Shown here piece by piece: positions 1 through 13,490 of a stretch of 64,000 bases of DNA (its first letter is position 1; each line of letters starts with the position of its first letter). Below the pieces are notes generated by a model. It was not told the origin of the DNA. It made no database searches and saw nothing but the letters and a program-made list of their open reading frames with translations. Position numbers and translations under genes: made by a program. The DNA lies in assembly GCA_004431415.1 (NCBI GenBank), contig QPMI01000005.1:124001-188000 (forward strand). The letters are read 5' to 3'. This stretch comes from Cyanophora paradoxa CCMP329. Its lineage: Eukaryota > Plantae > Glaucophyta.

Positions 1-3000
1 CCTCGGGGTAAGCCTCCGCGTCAAGGTCGAGCGTCATGACGAAGTAGAAGCGGGAGCCGCGGTTCAGCTCGGACTGCGCGGGGCGGCGCGGGGCGGGGTT
101 AGCGGCGGCCAAGGTCCGAGGAGGAAGAAGAAGCGGGCGGGCCGCGTCCCTTCCAGCCTAGCCCAGCATAGACTGGCCCAGCCCGGCCCAGCCCGGCCCG
201 GCCTAGCCGCGCCCCTTCCAGCCCCTCTGGACCTACTCCTGGCCCGGCCCGGCCCGGCCCAGCCCAGTCCGGCCCACCCCAGCCTAGTCTGGCCCCGCTG
301 ACTGACCTGGACGCCGATGCGGCCGCCCATGAGCTTGACGAGCTTCTTGGAGACGGCGAGGCCCATGCCCGTGCCCCCGTACAGCCGCGTGATCGACGAG
401 TCGGCCTGCGATCGACGAGTCGATCGACGAGTTTAGTGGGCGAGCGAGCGAGCCGCGGTTAGACGACCGGGACGGGCGGACCTGGACGTAGTCGGCGAAG
501 ATGCAGCCGAGGCCCTCCTGGTCGATCCCGATACCCTGCGCGCAGGAAAGAGTCGGGAGGGAAGGAACTAAGCTGAGCTAAGCTAAGCTAAGCTGAGTTG
601 AGCTGAGCTTGGGCTAAGCTAAGCTAAGCTACGCTAGAGCTCGAAGCTAAGCTAGGAGCTCGAAGCTAATGAGCTCCTCAGAGCTCACTCGGCTCAGAAG
701 GGGGCGGGCGGCGCCGGCGGCGGACCGTGTCCTGGACGTCGACGCGGAGACTCTTATAATTAGGTAGTTAGGCTAAGCTATTTAAGCAGCTAAGAATCGT
801 AAGCAATTTAATCTAATCTAATCTCACAGGCTTGAGCCGGCGAAGCGAAGCTAAGCATCTGTTAGGCACAAAGGCGAGCGAGCGGACCGTGTCCTGGACC
901 GTGAAGCTAAGCTATCTAAGCAGCTAAGAATTCTTAGCCCAGGGCTAAGCTAAGCTTAGCTCAGTTAAGCATCTCTTAGGCCTTAGGCACGAAGGAAGCG
1001 CAAGCAGGCGGGCGAGCGGACCGTGTCCTAAGGACATCGATGCTAGGGCCGCTCGCGATTTAGATTAAGATTAAGCTAGGCTGAGCTGAGCTCGAAGCTA
1101 AGCGCCTCTAGGCCGACTCGAATCAGAGAGGGGGCGGGGGGCGTGCGGGGCGGACCGTGTCCTGGACGTCGACGCGGAACGTGAGGCGGCCGGCGAGGGC
1201 CCGCAGCGCCGTCACGTGGACGACCACCGAGCCGCGCTGCGTGAACTTGACCCCGTTGAACGCGAAGTTCGTCCTAAGGGGCGAGGGCGAGAGGCGCGGC
1301 GATCGAGTGAGAGGGACGGGGCAGCGCAGGGGGAGGGGCGGCGCGCGGGCGGGCAGGCGATTATCGTGTCGTTGATTGTAAATAAACGTCATTTTAAGCC
1401 AGTTTCATGCGGGCGGACGCACAGGATCTGCTTGAGGCGGTGTGGGTCCCCGCGCAGGGCCGTCGGCATGGTGAGGGGCACCCGGCACGCGATCTCGATC
1501 GACTTGGCGAACGCCGTCGGAGCCACGACCTGCCGTGCGTAGCCCCGCCGTGTGAGGGGCGGGGCGTGGCGAAGGCACCGACGGCAGGCGACAGCAGCGT
1601 TTAGCTAGGCTAGGCTAGGCGAGGTTAGCTTAAGAGAGGGCCGGCGGTGGGCGGGCAGGGGACGTCAAGCTAAGCTCGAGAGGAAGCCAGAAGAGGCCCG
1701 AGCTATAAATAGCTGCAGGGGAGGGGGGTACGGGGCACCTCGAGGACCTCCTCGATGCAGTCGCGGAGGTCGAAGGGGATGGACTCGAGGACGACCTTCC
1801 CCGCCTCGATCTTGTGCAGGTCCAGCAGGTCTGGGGGGGGGAGGGGGGGGAGGGAGGAGGGTCAGGTGAGGCTCAGGTGGGGCCCGCGGTCAGAGGGCTG
1901 GGAGGGCTCTAGCTAGCCCAGCTAGTGCTTTCGACGGCTAGGTGCGTCTCGGTAGCGCTGGGGCGCGCAGCTATTGCTTCAGGCAGATAGGGAGGGGAAA
2001 GAGAGGGGAAGGGGGGGAAGGAGAGGGGGGGGGGGAGGGGGGCCTAGCTAGGAGGGCGCAGGGGCGCGGAGGGGTACAGCGCACCGTTGACGATGGCGAG
2101 GAGCTGCTCGCCGCACTGGTGGATCGACTGCGTCAGGTCCTGCTGCTCCCCCGTGAGCTCCGTCTCCCGCAGCACTGCGCGAAAAGAGGCCAAGGCCACA
2201 GTCAGAGCGAGCTCGCGGGCGTTCCGCTGGCTTCCTGTGTTGGAGGGGCGGCGCACGGTCGTTCATGCCGAGGATGCCGTTGAGGGGCGTGCGCAGCTCG
2301 TGGACCGTGTACGCCAGGAAGCGGCTGCGCGGAGTCGGGTAAGAACAGGGCGACTCGGAGGAACGCAGAAGAAGAGCGGGGCTCGCTTCTTGGTCTCGTT
2401 GGCGGTCTCGATCTCGATCATGCGGCGCTTCTCAGTGATGTCCTGCCCGACAACGACCACGCCGACCGTGGCCCCCGCAGAGTCGCGCTGCGCCGTCGCC
2501 GAGAGGAGCAGCCGCACGGGACGCCCGGCGCCCTTGCCGACCAGCGTGCACTCGTGCGCCGCGACCTCCTTGCCCTGCATCGCCTCCTCGAGCGCCCGGG
2601 TCGCCCGCTCAACGTCGTCGGGCAGCACGACCGAGGCGAAGGGCATGCCCAGCATCTCGCACTCCGCCCGCTCCGTCACGCGCTCGGCGGCGCGGTTCCA
2701 GCCCGTGACGCGCAGCTCCTCGTCGACCGAGAAGATGGGCGCGTTGGCCGACGTGATGATGCGGCGGAGGTCCTCCGCAAGCACGCGGGCCGCCGCCTCC
2801 GAGGCCTGGATAGCCGCCTCCATGGTCTTGCGCTGCGAGACGTCGCGCACGACGAGGACCTCGATCGTGTTGCCGCCGTACGCGGCGCGCCCGATGGAGA
2901 GCTCCACGGGAAACTCCCGATCCTGCCCGGCGTAACCCATGGTGTCAGAGGAGCCGCATGATGGATATGATCCGCGATAGATAGAGCCGCCGGTCTGTCT

Positions 3001-6000
3001 CATGATAGATGAAATGATATGCAAAATCCGTGATGTTAGAGGAGGCCTAATTGTACTTGTTTGATATGAGAGGAAATATATACTAGATAGTAGAGCGACT
3101 CGTTTGTTTGTCCGTTTGAATTCGCACCTGCGCCAGCGCCGTGCACTCGATGGTGCACCCCGAGACGGGCCCAGCATACTCGCCGCGCAGGAGCCGCTGG
3201 AAGAGGGGCCCGCCGTTGTCGGCGCCCAGCCGGAAGAGCTCGTGCACGGGCCGTTGGGCGAATCGGGCCGGCTCGCCGGTCACGCCGAACATGCGCCGGG
3301 CCGAGCTGTTCATCTGCACGACGGCCCCCGCCTCGTCCAACACGATGACGGCGTCTCCGATCGTAGCGACGACGGCCAGCGCGTGCTTCATGCGCGTGAA
3401 GGCTTCTCCGACCTAATCGAAGAGTTAGCGTAGAGTTATTAGGCGCGAGAGCACAGAATCAAGCTGCGAAGGCCTCGCGAGCCGCCGCCGGCTCACCTGG
3501 TCCAGCTCCTTCAGCACCGAGCGGAACTGCGTGCTCTTGTCGCTCCGGTGCGACGCGCCCGGCTCGTCGTGGTCGTCGTTGTGGTCGCCCGAGCCGCCGC
3601 GGGCGCGCCCGAGCCACCGGACGAGGAGGCCGCGGGTCCCGCGCGGCTTCTGGGGACCCACGGGCCCCAGCGAGGTCACGAGGCCCTCATCCCCCCCGGC
3701 CGCCGTCGGCGAGAGCTGCGAGTCGAAGAAGGAGAGGCGGCCGAGCTCCAGCTTGAGCTGCCGCATGTTCTTCGAGATCTCGAGCAGGACGAAGATGCCG
3801 ACGGACAGCGCCAGGAACGACGCGATGGAGCAGACGACGGCGTTGACGACGGTCAGGAGCCGGACCTCGCCCAGAATGTCCTTGGACGGCGCCGCGACGA
3901 CCATGGCGAGTGAGAGCTCGCTCGTCTGCCGCTCGGCGCCCATGATGCGCAGCAGCCGCCCGTCGAACTCGGTCCCGTCCGCCACGAACGGCAGCCGCAG
4001 CAGCTCGTACTTGCCGAGCGCCTGCGCGTTTTTTTTATCGTGGTCCATCTCAGCGAGCGAGCGAGCGGAACAGTCGCCGCGGCGCGCGCGGGGCGCACGT
4101 TGACGGCGATCGGGAGGTCGTGCACGTCTCCGGGCATCGCCTTTAAAGTCTCTCGGAGTTCCGGAACGGTCAGCTCGTCGGTCGGTACGAATCTGCGGCG
4201 TTTGTTTGGTGTTTAGACGGGGTAGAGGGTGCGGGCGGGGCGCAGGGCCGGCCGGGCGGCCGGGCGGGCGGCAGGCGCACTCCCAAGCGGTGCCCTGCGT
4301 CGGATTGAGCTTGACCGGACGCATGGCGAGCTGCCAGCTCTTGAAAGCGATCGCCCGGCGCTTGCCGTCCATATCGTCCGCGATCAGAGCCGCAAAGCCT
4401 GCCGCCCGCGTCAGATCAGACGGGCCCGGTCCCGGCCCCGCCGGCCCGCATCACCCTCCCCGTTCCGCCGCACCGTTCTGCGCCACCTCGATCTGCTGCA
4501 GGTAGTTCGACAGGGAGTCCGACTGGAAGCCGATCGTCTGCGGGAAGCGCGTCAGGGCCGGCCGGCGCCTCTGGGCGGCCGCCGCGGCTCACCACGACCG
4601 CCTTGAGCTCGTCGCTTTCGGATGTGTACACTGCGGAGGCGCGGGTCGGCGGCGGAGCGCGGCAGGCGCGGCGCGGCAGGACTCGGCGCCGCTCGCGCGC
4701 GCGAGCGCGCGAGAGCGCGCACCCGGCGTAGCGCAGAGGAATCCTGACAGGCCGAAGACGAACGGGATGACGGGGGTCCACACCTGCGGCGGCCGGCTCA
4801 GCGGGCCGCCCGACGGCACAGGCGGGCCCCGGGCGCGGGGCCGCGTGCCTGGCGGCGCGCGGCCTGCGGGATGGTGTAGAAAGGCCTCTTGCGGACGTCG
4901 AACTGGTCTGCGGGGCGGCGGCTCGGACGGCGGCTCGGGCGAGGGCGTCGCGCGCGGCGGGCCGCGCGGACCGTCGAACACGAGAGAGTAGAGCTTCCGC
5001 GTGCCGCCGGCGGTCACGTAGCTCGTGTAGCGGTCGATCTGCCCCGGGATCGTACCGTTGAGCCTGTACTCGACAACTGCGCGCGCGGGGCCCGCCTCCC
5101 GTCACGCCCGGGCGCGGCCCGTCACGCCCGGGCGCGGCGCGGCGCACTGGAGAAGTAAGGCTCCGCTGCGTCGGGGTACGTCTTCCCGAACGAGGCCTTC
5201 TCGCGCTGCGCGGCGGCGCGTCAGGCGCCGGGCGGGGGCGGAGGGCGCGGGGGCCGGGCGGGGCCGACCTTCACGAGCAAATTCTCGCGGTTCGGCAGGC
5301 CGAAGCCGAGGTACTCGAACGGCTCGTAGCCCCGAATGGAGAGCGACTGCAGGTAGAGCTGCGAGATAACGGGAAAGTGCTTGCTGGTGAATTCTTTAGG
5401 CACTCCGATCTGCTGGCTGTTGAAGAGACCCAGGGCCTCCTTTAAATAACTGTTCGGCGCTCCGACGGTATTCTTCAAAGGCGCTCCGACGATCCACAGG
5501 ACAAGCGACATCGCTGTTCGCTCGCCGGCCTGCTGCAGCCTGGGCACAACAGTCAGCGGCCTGGGCAGCATGAAGAAGCACGCGACGGCCGCACTCTTTG
5601 AAACGCTCGCTCACGCTGCGGCGCGGTGGGCCGTGAGCGCGGCATTCGAAGCAAAGCGGCGAGGATAGCGCGCACCGATGCGAGATCTGATCCAGAAAGT
5701 ACGTGCTAAGCCGGGACGTGGCGGCCTGCGACGATACATACGAGAATACTGTCACCACCACCTGAGGCGCACGGGTTAGGTGCGCTTGGCAGACTGCGAG
5801 GCGCTCAGAAATACCACAGCCGACACAAGCACCACGACGATCAGCGGAATCTGCGCGCTTCATGAGCTGGAGCGCGTCAAGCTCGGCGACGACGACGCAC
5901 AATGCAAAGGTTCAGAGAGACAGTCTTCCTCCGCTTGAGCGCAGCCTCCGCGGTCAGCGGAGATGAACGCAGGTACTTCTCCAGCGTCGGCGGCTCGTCA

Positions 6001-6272
6001 TTCTGCCCGAAGCCTACCCGGCGGAAGCTGGGGTCCTTTGAAGTATCTTCGCTCGTAAGAACGACCGACCCGCCGGAGGGCGAGACGATGGTGCTCGGCA
6101 GCCCGCTCGATAGCCCCGACGCAGACATCCTCAGATCCATCAACACGGGAACCCCTTGATCGCTCCCGCTGGACTCTGCAAGCACGGAATGATGAGGGCG
6201 ATACATGGGCTCCGAGCCAGAGGGCCCGCGCACCGCTGGGGTTCCTTTGCTTCCCGATATCCTCGGTGTCAT
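1..6272 (-). CDS. Membrane sensor histidine kinase (TM - Cache-like sensor - TM - PAS - PAS - HisKA - HATPase), multi-exon, 3' end outside window
   Basis: Spliced exons give FDVRKRPFY (Cache-like motif), a TM segment ([23 protein letters not shown]), two PAS domains (3130-3410, 2390-2935), H-box [20 protein letters not shown]-box [11 protein letters not shown]1 DVQDT|GIGI and G2 [20 protein letters not shown]. Start codon uncertain. Confidence 0.9.
555..1105. repeat. Intronic (GCTAA/AGCT)n filler with three echo copies of the upstream exon end
   Basis: cggaccgtgtcctggac (true junction ~1151-1178) recurs at ~721, ~882 and ~1017 among gctaa repeats. Confidence 0.85.
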
Positions 6273-7874
6273 CCATCGCAGGCGGGCGTCCCGTCCCAGC
6301 CTACGAGTGGACGACGGGATGCTAGCCAACGATATGCGCAGTCATCCGCCCCGCGAAGTTCGCAACAGATCCGCCGCTCCGAGGCCAATCTGCTCCGCTC
6401 AAAAGCCGCCGCCGAGTACGGCGGGCAGCTGGGACGTCGGAGCACGTCAACACTGTGAGAACGCCGAGTGGATGTTCCGTTCGCTGCCGCTGGCGTCTGC
6501 AGCTGGATGGTTTGGCTAGCTGGACTCCGACGCCCCACAACTTCGCAAGCTCGCTGGAAGAGCGGCCGCAGCCGGGGACGGGGCTAGGACCGCTAGGCTA
6601 CCGGTAGCAGATCGATATCCCTACTAGCGACGACCGAAACCTTAGACGAAGGCGGAGCGCCGCGCGCGCCGCGCTTGCGCCGCGCTAAAGCTTGCGCCGG
6701 CCAGAGCCTTGATCTGCTTAATTAAACGTGATGCAGTGGCGTACAGAATGAACTATTTTCCATGCAAATCCAAGGGGGTATATACGCGTTGCGGGTCAAT
6801 CTTTCAGCGTCCAATCAGGTTCCGAGCTTCCGGAGGGGGGGTGCTAGTGAAACTTTCTGGGTCGACGTCCGACAGCGCCAGCGCTAGCTCGAATTCGAAT
6901 CGATCGAATTCGCGATCGCGATCGCGCGCCGCCGTTGAAACGTTCGAATTCGCGATCACGCGTACGATCGCCGCCGCGCTCGAATTAATTCGAACCCTAG
7001 CTAGGCCTAGCTATAGGCCTCGAGATATCGATCATTCGGATCGAGCTCATATGCATGCAAGTTAACGTTAACGTTCGAATTCATGATCAGCTCAAACTGC
7101 CAGGCTGCGAACTTGGAATTCGAATGCGTTACGTATACGTATACATCGCGCAAGAATTAATATTCTTACGTGTACGTAAATATATATACATGTACAGCGC
7201 TAGCGCTATATATAGCTATTTGCAGTACGTGCAGTGCTCATTGCAATTGTAGTTTTGTTGTGTGCTATAGTGAATGCAATCTTAAGGGCTCTTTTAATTC
7301 AATGATTTGTGCACCATCCATCCATCTCATAACAAATTCATGATCATCTTGCTATTGATTTACCATTGAGATATATATATACAATTATGCATGAGCGAAG
7401 AAGAAGTGGCTGGCCATCACAAGTCAGTGCAATTGCTCAAATAGATCGTGCGATCGCAATCGCACTCAAATTAATATATTTGCGATCACGATCGCGATCG
7501 CCGCTCGCACCCTAAACCTCAAGATCGAGCTCATCTTGGCATATAGGTGCAGGCATATGCATGCAAGTTTAGCTCAAATTAAACGTTATAATTAACTGTA
7601 ATTAAATATAACTTGGGATGCCTGCATGGCAAGTCGCAAGGTTGAGTTAACAGTTCGAGGTTGAGTTAACAGTTCCAAGTTGAGCAGCATTGATTATGAG
7701 CTAGAAGCGACGTCGCCTTTATATATAGCTAGCTTAGTTGCGATTCTTGCGAGGCATTCCAAGTTCGCAGTTAACGACGTCAAGGCTGCAGCATTTGACA
7801 AAGGGCCCGCGGCAATGGCACTGCAGTGTACATCCCTCACTTGTAGCCCGGGCATTACGATTGTGTCCAAATAA

Positions 7875-9151
7875 TCATTCCTGAAGGTATTGGAACCATC
7901 TATCGGGAGCAGGGAGTTCAACATCGACCATGCCCTGCAGCTGGGAGCCACAGGGACCCGCATGTCCCGGTGGTAGCGGTGATGGGAAGCTGAGCTTAAA
8001 TGCCTGAACGCATACAAATGGTCAGAGCATAATGAGTTGATGACACCATGTCAAGTGCAATGCAAAGGGAGAGTTGCACCTGCAGTGCCATGGTGTGGCT
8101 CTGATCAAAGTGTACAATGTTTCCAGCTCCCCTGGCCACTTCCCTCTCCACGATGAAGCTGCGGTTGTACTGCTCGAACAATCAGATTTCAAATAGATAG
8201 GAGGCAGAATAAGAGTAAAATAGGACGTAGATAGGAGTACACGTGCATATGGGTCATGAAGAATCGGCAGCCCAGCACCAGCAAAATGAGTTCGAATCTG
8301 ATGTGTTCGCCCTGACACCGAAGCCCGATATCAATGGACACGAGGTGAGCAGATTCATTGCAGTTCCGACTAGGGACTGACCTGTTCTGAGCTCTACCTC
8401 ATACAGAGCTCTCCTCCTTGATGGGGACATGTGCACCAGCTGATACTCTGGGAGGAAGATGAATGGCTTGCAGCGAATAAGCATAAAAAGCAAGACAAAC
8501 GAACGCGTAATTGCCTTCTTTGCTGACGTTTTCTCCCCTGGCAGCGTCGGAGAGGGCGGCCGAACATTCTCCACCAGCATTCCAGGAGGGAGATAGGGGT
8601 GCGGGGCAGCTTGATCTCCGCAAAAGTGGCAACCGTCTGGCAGAGGATTTGAACAAGAGGTACAAACTCTAGCTTATTAGGCAGAGAGGACACGCACTGG
8701 AGCTGCATCGCCCATCGCGATCCGCGGTGCCGGGGGCAAGGTAAGAGGTGATGGTCCCAGAGGATCGAAGCGTCCCGTCTCGCGACACGGGCGATCCGAC
8801 GATGTGCGAGGGGGATCCGATTTTGCACCCCTCGCGACGCTCATGAGGACGCGCCACGCAAGCGGGGACCTCGGCGAGGAGACGATAGCGCTTGAGCCAG
8901 GTCGGAAGCGTACGGGAGAGCTCTGCACAGACGCTTCGGCTGAAAGCGAGTACCAGCAACCCGCTCGTGTGCGCATCGAGCCGGTGCGGCAACCAGACGC
9001 GCTTTCCGCCTAGCTCATCTTGGGCCCAGCGCTCGACGGACAGCGCGCGCGCGCCGGCCGCCTCCATGGGCATGCCCGGGGGCTTGCAGACCACCGCGAA
9101 GGATGCGCCGAGCTTGCCGTACACGACTCGCGGCACAGCCGAGAGCGCCAT
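7875..9151 (-). CDS. RluA-family pseudouridine synthase, multi-exon
   Basis: Motifs VVCKPPGM, HRLDAHTSGLL (catalytic Asp), GRTHQIRTHF..AGLPILHDPY and ALQAFELSF. Confidence 0.9.
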
Positions 9152-9419
9152 GTTGCTGGGCGGAAGCGCTCCTCCGATGCTGCTCACGGGCCGGTCCCGA
9201 AACCATGGGACGCTCCCGGGGACGGCAGAGCTAGCTAGCGGGCTGCGATTCGGCGGCTGCAGCTGCGAGTAGGGCGGCCACGGAGCGAGTTTGGCGCCGT
9301 ACCCGTAAAGCGCGCCAAAACTCTGCCCTCATCTCCGGAGCCCGCCCGACTTGGAGGCTGTCGGAGCTGCCTCTTGAATCGTCGTTCGAGCAGCGCAGCG
9401 CGCTCGAGCTCGATACCGA

Positions 9420-10936
9420 ATGGCGGTGCCGGACGACGCGCCCGCCGCTGCGAGCAGCAGCAAGGGAGCAAGCGCCGACGGCGGTGCGTACGGCGCTCTG
9501 CAAAGTCTCTTGGGAGCTATCTCCTCACCGCGCGCCGCGCTCGTCGCCAGGGTTCGAGCTGCCGTGGCTGGAGAAGTACAGGCCGCAGGTCGTCGACGAC
9601 ATTGTAGGCAACGAGGAGGCTGTCGCAAGACTGCGTGTCATCGCGAGCGAGGGCAACATCCCCAACTTGATCATTTCAGTGCGCCCGCGCGCCCGCGCCC
9701 GCTCCTCCCGCGCTCGCTGATTTTGAGCGCCGCGCAGGGTCCGCCCGGAACTGGCAAGACGACGAGCATATTGTGCCTGGCGCACGCGCTGCTCGGCGCA
9801 GCCTTCAAGGACGCTGTATTGGAGCTGAATGCCTCGGACGATCGGTGTGCACTTTGCCAGGGACGCTGCTGCTCAAACTGGGCCAGGCTCACGCGTGCCG
9901 CAGCGGAATCGATGTCGTCCGCAACAAGATCAAGATGTTCGCGCAGAAGAAAGTCACCCTCAAGCAGGGCCAGCACAAGATTATCATCCTGGACGAAGCA
10001 GACAGGTCTGCCAGCTCGACCCCACTTGCTCTTTCGTTGTCTGAGTGCATGTGTTTCGTGCATGTGTTCCATGTAGTATGACGGAAGGGGCACAACAAGC
10101 ACTCAGGCGAACAATGGAGTTATATTCAGCAACTACACGCTTTGCTCTCGCATGCAACCAGTCCAGCAAGATCATCGAGCCAATACAAAGTCGATGTGCA
10201 ATCGTTCGCTTTACGCGTCTCTCTGATGAGCAGCTTTACGCCCGCTTGGAGGAAGTCGCCAGGCTTGAGAACGTGCACAATTCACCTGATGACTGAGACA
10301 GTTTCAGCTTGATGTTGATCTCAGTCTTCCTGTTCAGGTGTCATTCACAAGTGAGGGCCTGCAGGCGATCGTCTTCACAGCCGATGGAGACATGCGGCAA
10401 GCGCTGAACAACCTGCAAGGTACACATGCAGGCTTTGGCCATGTTGATGCTGAGTCCGTCTTCAAGGTAATCAGTTGCCCTCTGCATTGTTTTTGCTTGC
10501 ATAAGTTTCCTGTTTGCTGTACAGGTCTGCGACATACCTCAGCCGAAAATTGTGCACGAGATGGTTGATGCCTGCATCCGCGCCGACATAAAAACGGCTC
10601 TCGAAAGGCTCCACGAGCTCTGGAGCAAGGTTCGTTGGAGATTGTGTTGTTGAGTCGGTTCTCTTAATGCTCGTCATGTAGGGATATGCTGCGGTGGACA
10701 TCGTTGGCACATTGTTCAAGGTTGTCAAAGGCTTCAACATGGATGAGTCACTAGCTTTGGAGTTCACAAAGGTGTGTCTGCAGCCCGTTGCGCACTTCCG
10801 TCATCGCACTCCGAAACCTTGTTTCCCGCAGGAGATTGGTATGACCCACATGCGTGTTGCTGAAGGTGTTGCCACTCAACTGCAGCTCGCTGGCCTTCTC
10901 GCCACTTTGTGTGCTGTCAGCCGCAACAAGAAGTGA
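9420..10936 (+). CDS. RFC2: Replication factor C small subunit (human RFC2 / yeast Rfc4 type), multi-exon
   Basis: [69 protein letters not shown]. Confidence 0.95.
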
Positions 10937-11137
10937 TAGCTTCCCGTCACTACATCATTACTGGCTGGCAGTCGGATCACTCCAAAGCATCATAAGCTGT
11001 GCATGCACATCTGCCAGCAAGCTCTTTGCGCAGCGAAAGTGAATACAAGCATATTGAAATAATCACAGGGACGCATGAAAAGAGAAATGCAAGGTTAGGG
11101 CTGTATAAAGGTGTGTGGAAAGGCGGGAATGATCACA

Positions 11138-12290
11138 CTACGCGATGCTGCAGCCACCGACACGCCGCAGCACTGAATTGACGATGTTCTTGTCTGCTAT
11201 CCGCAGTGCCACAGAGCAAACATCGGCAATACGCTGGTTCATTGTGGGATCTGTAAATGAAACCAAGCAATGATCAGTTTAGGGATCAAGATTGCGAAGC
11301 AAGGGGACTGACCGTCTTGGCTCGACGCGTAGGTGTAGTTCGCGATGCCGAAGACGGGGCAACGCGTTATACGCCGGATGTTGTCAAGCATGTCACGTGT
11401 GTGCTCCGGTGCGACCTTGTCGATCTTCGTCATGCACACCACTGGCCGCTCGCCTGCGAGCGCGCTCAAACACGCAAGAGCGCAACAAGCACGAGGCCTA
11501 CTGACCGGTGAGGTCGAAGAGAGCGTCGCAGAGCGGCCGCAGACGGTCGTAGTCGTCCGACTCCGCGTCCCAGAAAACAATGCAGCCGTGCAGGTTGAGC
11601 CGCACGCGCTTCCCCTTGACGGCATCCGCGAGCTTGTGAATTGACCTTGCGATCATGTCTGCGGGCTGCTCCTCCACCTCCTCCAGCACACCGCGAACCC
11701 ACTCGTCTCCCATGTTGAGCATGCCCTGCACGGCGCCGGGTGATGTCAGCACAGTAAAGAAAGCGAAAAAGGAAACGAGTTCATCCGCACGGGGTGATCA
11801 ACAAGGCAGAAGCAAGGGCTGATCTCTGCAACGTCGCGCTTCTGAGTGAAAGACTCGTCGCTCGGGCCGGAACGGAAGAACTGCGAGAAATCGAGATTCT
11901 TGAAGACGTGCAGTGCTGACTCCATGAACGACGACTTGCCGAAGCCACGGCGGCCGAACAGGCCGATGTAAACCATCTTTGGGAAAGCGACCGAGCGCTT
12001 CTCTGACGCAGCAAGCGTCACTCCTGGGTAGTACAGCTGGACCTTCTGCATGCTCGGGAGCGTGTTCCACTTCTCATGGTCCGCCTGGAGCTTCGCTCTG
12101 CGGTTGTTACCGTTGAGGTCAAGCTGGGTCGGGAGGCGCTTAGAACGGCGCTAGTGAGGAATGCAAGCGCTAGGTCAGGCGAAAGGGCCGTGTGCAAGTC
12201 GCCCGCAGCACGGGGGACGGCAGGGAGCGAAAACGGAGCGGCGCTCGCCGCCAGGCGGGCTGAGAATGCGTACCTGAACTCGTTATTCAT
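11138..12290 (-). CDS. IFI44-like P-loop GTPase-fold protein, multi-exon
   Basis: G1 IGLFGRRGFGKSSF, G2-like SFTQ, G3-like DHPG (spliced), LHGCIVFWDA, G4 TKID and GIANY. The motif order recalls the IFI44 P-loop domain. First exon uncertain. Confidence 0.65.
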
Positions 12291-12456
12291 ATTTGCGGCC
12301 GCGTGCACTCAAGGTCAGGGGCTAGAAGCTGCTACTGGAGTCAGTGTGGACCACTTCTTCCACGTATTTGTGCGAACGTGTACCCACGAGGCGCTTGAAA
12401 ATTCCGCCGCAGCGCCCGCTCAGATCATCCACCAGCGGCGACGAGCACCTGGGACG

Positions 12457-13490
12457 ATGCTGAAGTGGTTCAAGAAGCTAGGGAAGAAGGACAAACAGCA
12501 TGGCGAGGCAGGCAGCTCAGACGACGAACTCCCGCCGCCCGTGCCCGCGCCGGACATGTACCAGGTGTGCGAATGCCGCACCTGCCGGCGCGACCGGCTC
12601 GCCGCCCGCCGGGCCGCCGCTTGATGCCGTTGCGACGCCCAGTTCACTGAGGCGGACCGCGAGCTCATGAAGACCTTCCGCATGCAAGGGCTCTCCGTAG
12701 GCATCTTCGGAACGCGTACATCAGGTCCGTGCGCCGGGGACGGCAGCCCGACGGTCCCGGGGTTTCAGGTTGTTGACGCGTCTCTAGGCCTGGAGCGCAT
12801 CCACGCCCAGGTCGAGGACATGATGCGCAAGTCCAACGTCTCCAACGGGATGTGCGAATCCGTCTACCTGGACGAGGACAACATGCCCAGCTTCAGGATG
12901 CCTGACCGCTTCCGCGTCTGCATCCTCGTGTTCAGCGGTGCACGAGCGCGCTACGATGAGATCGCGAGCTACGAGCAGTTCTTTAAGTACGGACGGTCGA
13001 TCCCAGGTCAGCGCCCAGAGTGTTCTCACGCAGCCGCTGCGAGGAAGTGACGCCAACCCGCGCAGGGCTGCACAACATCGTCCTGATCACCACGAAGCTC
13101 TCGGCTCAGAAATTCGAGTCAAGGAACATCCGCTCTGGTTACCAGGTTCGGGACGGGCAGCTGGAGATCAGCCACCAGGCGGAAGAGCAGTTTCTGGCTG
13201 TTGCCCTGAAGCCGGGAAGCCAGCAGCTGCCGCTGGAAAGGCGGAACTGCTTCCTCTGCGAAACAGCGCTCAACAAGGACCAGGAGAACCGACTACTAGA
13301 CATCTTCCGGCTCGCCGCGGGATACAGGCAGTTCGCTGGTACGCGCAGCCTGCCGCCTCGCTGCGCACAAACGCCATGCGCTATCGCTCACTCGTGCGCT
13401 TTGGCAGCTCAAGCGCGGGGGATGCAGCGGTAGCCTCGCAGGCCCGACTCGTCTGCCCCCTCCGCCAGCGTGCCGTGCGGTCGCGTAGCG
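12457..13490 (+). CDS. Degenerate P-loop protein, probable inactive relative of the neighbouring GTPase
   Basis: VGIFGTRTSGPC (GxxxxG followed by PC instead of KS), VVDASLG, FRVCILVFSG, VLITTKL. Exons join in frame; last exon uncertain. Confidence 0.5.

Noticed and set aside
6910-7502. GCGATCGC (cyanobacterial HIP1) copies as a sign of transferred DNA
   Set aside because: They are one of many palindromes in low-complexity tracts, with no cyanobacterial gene context.
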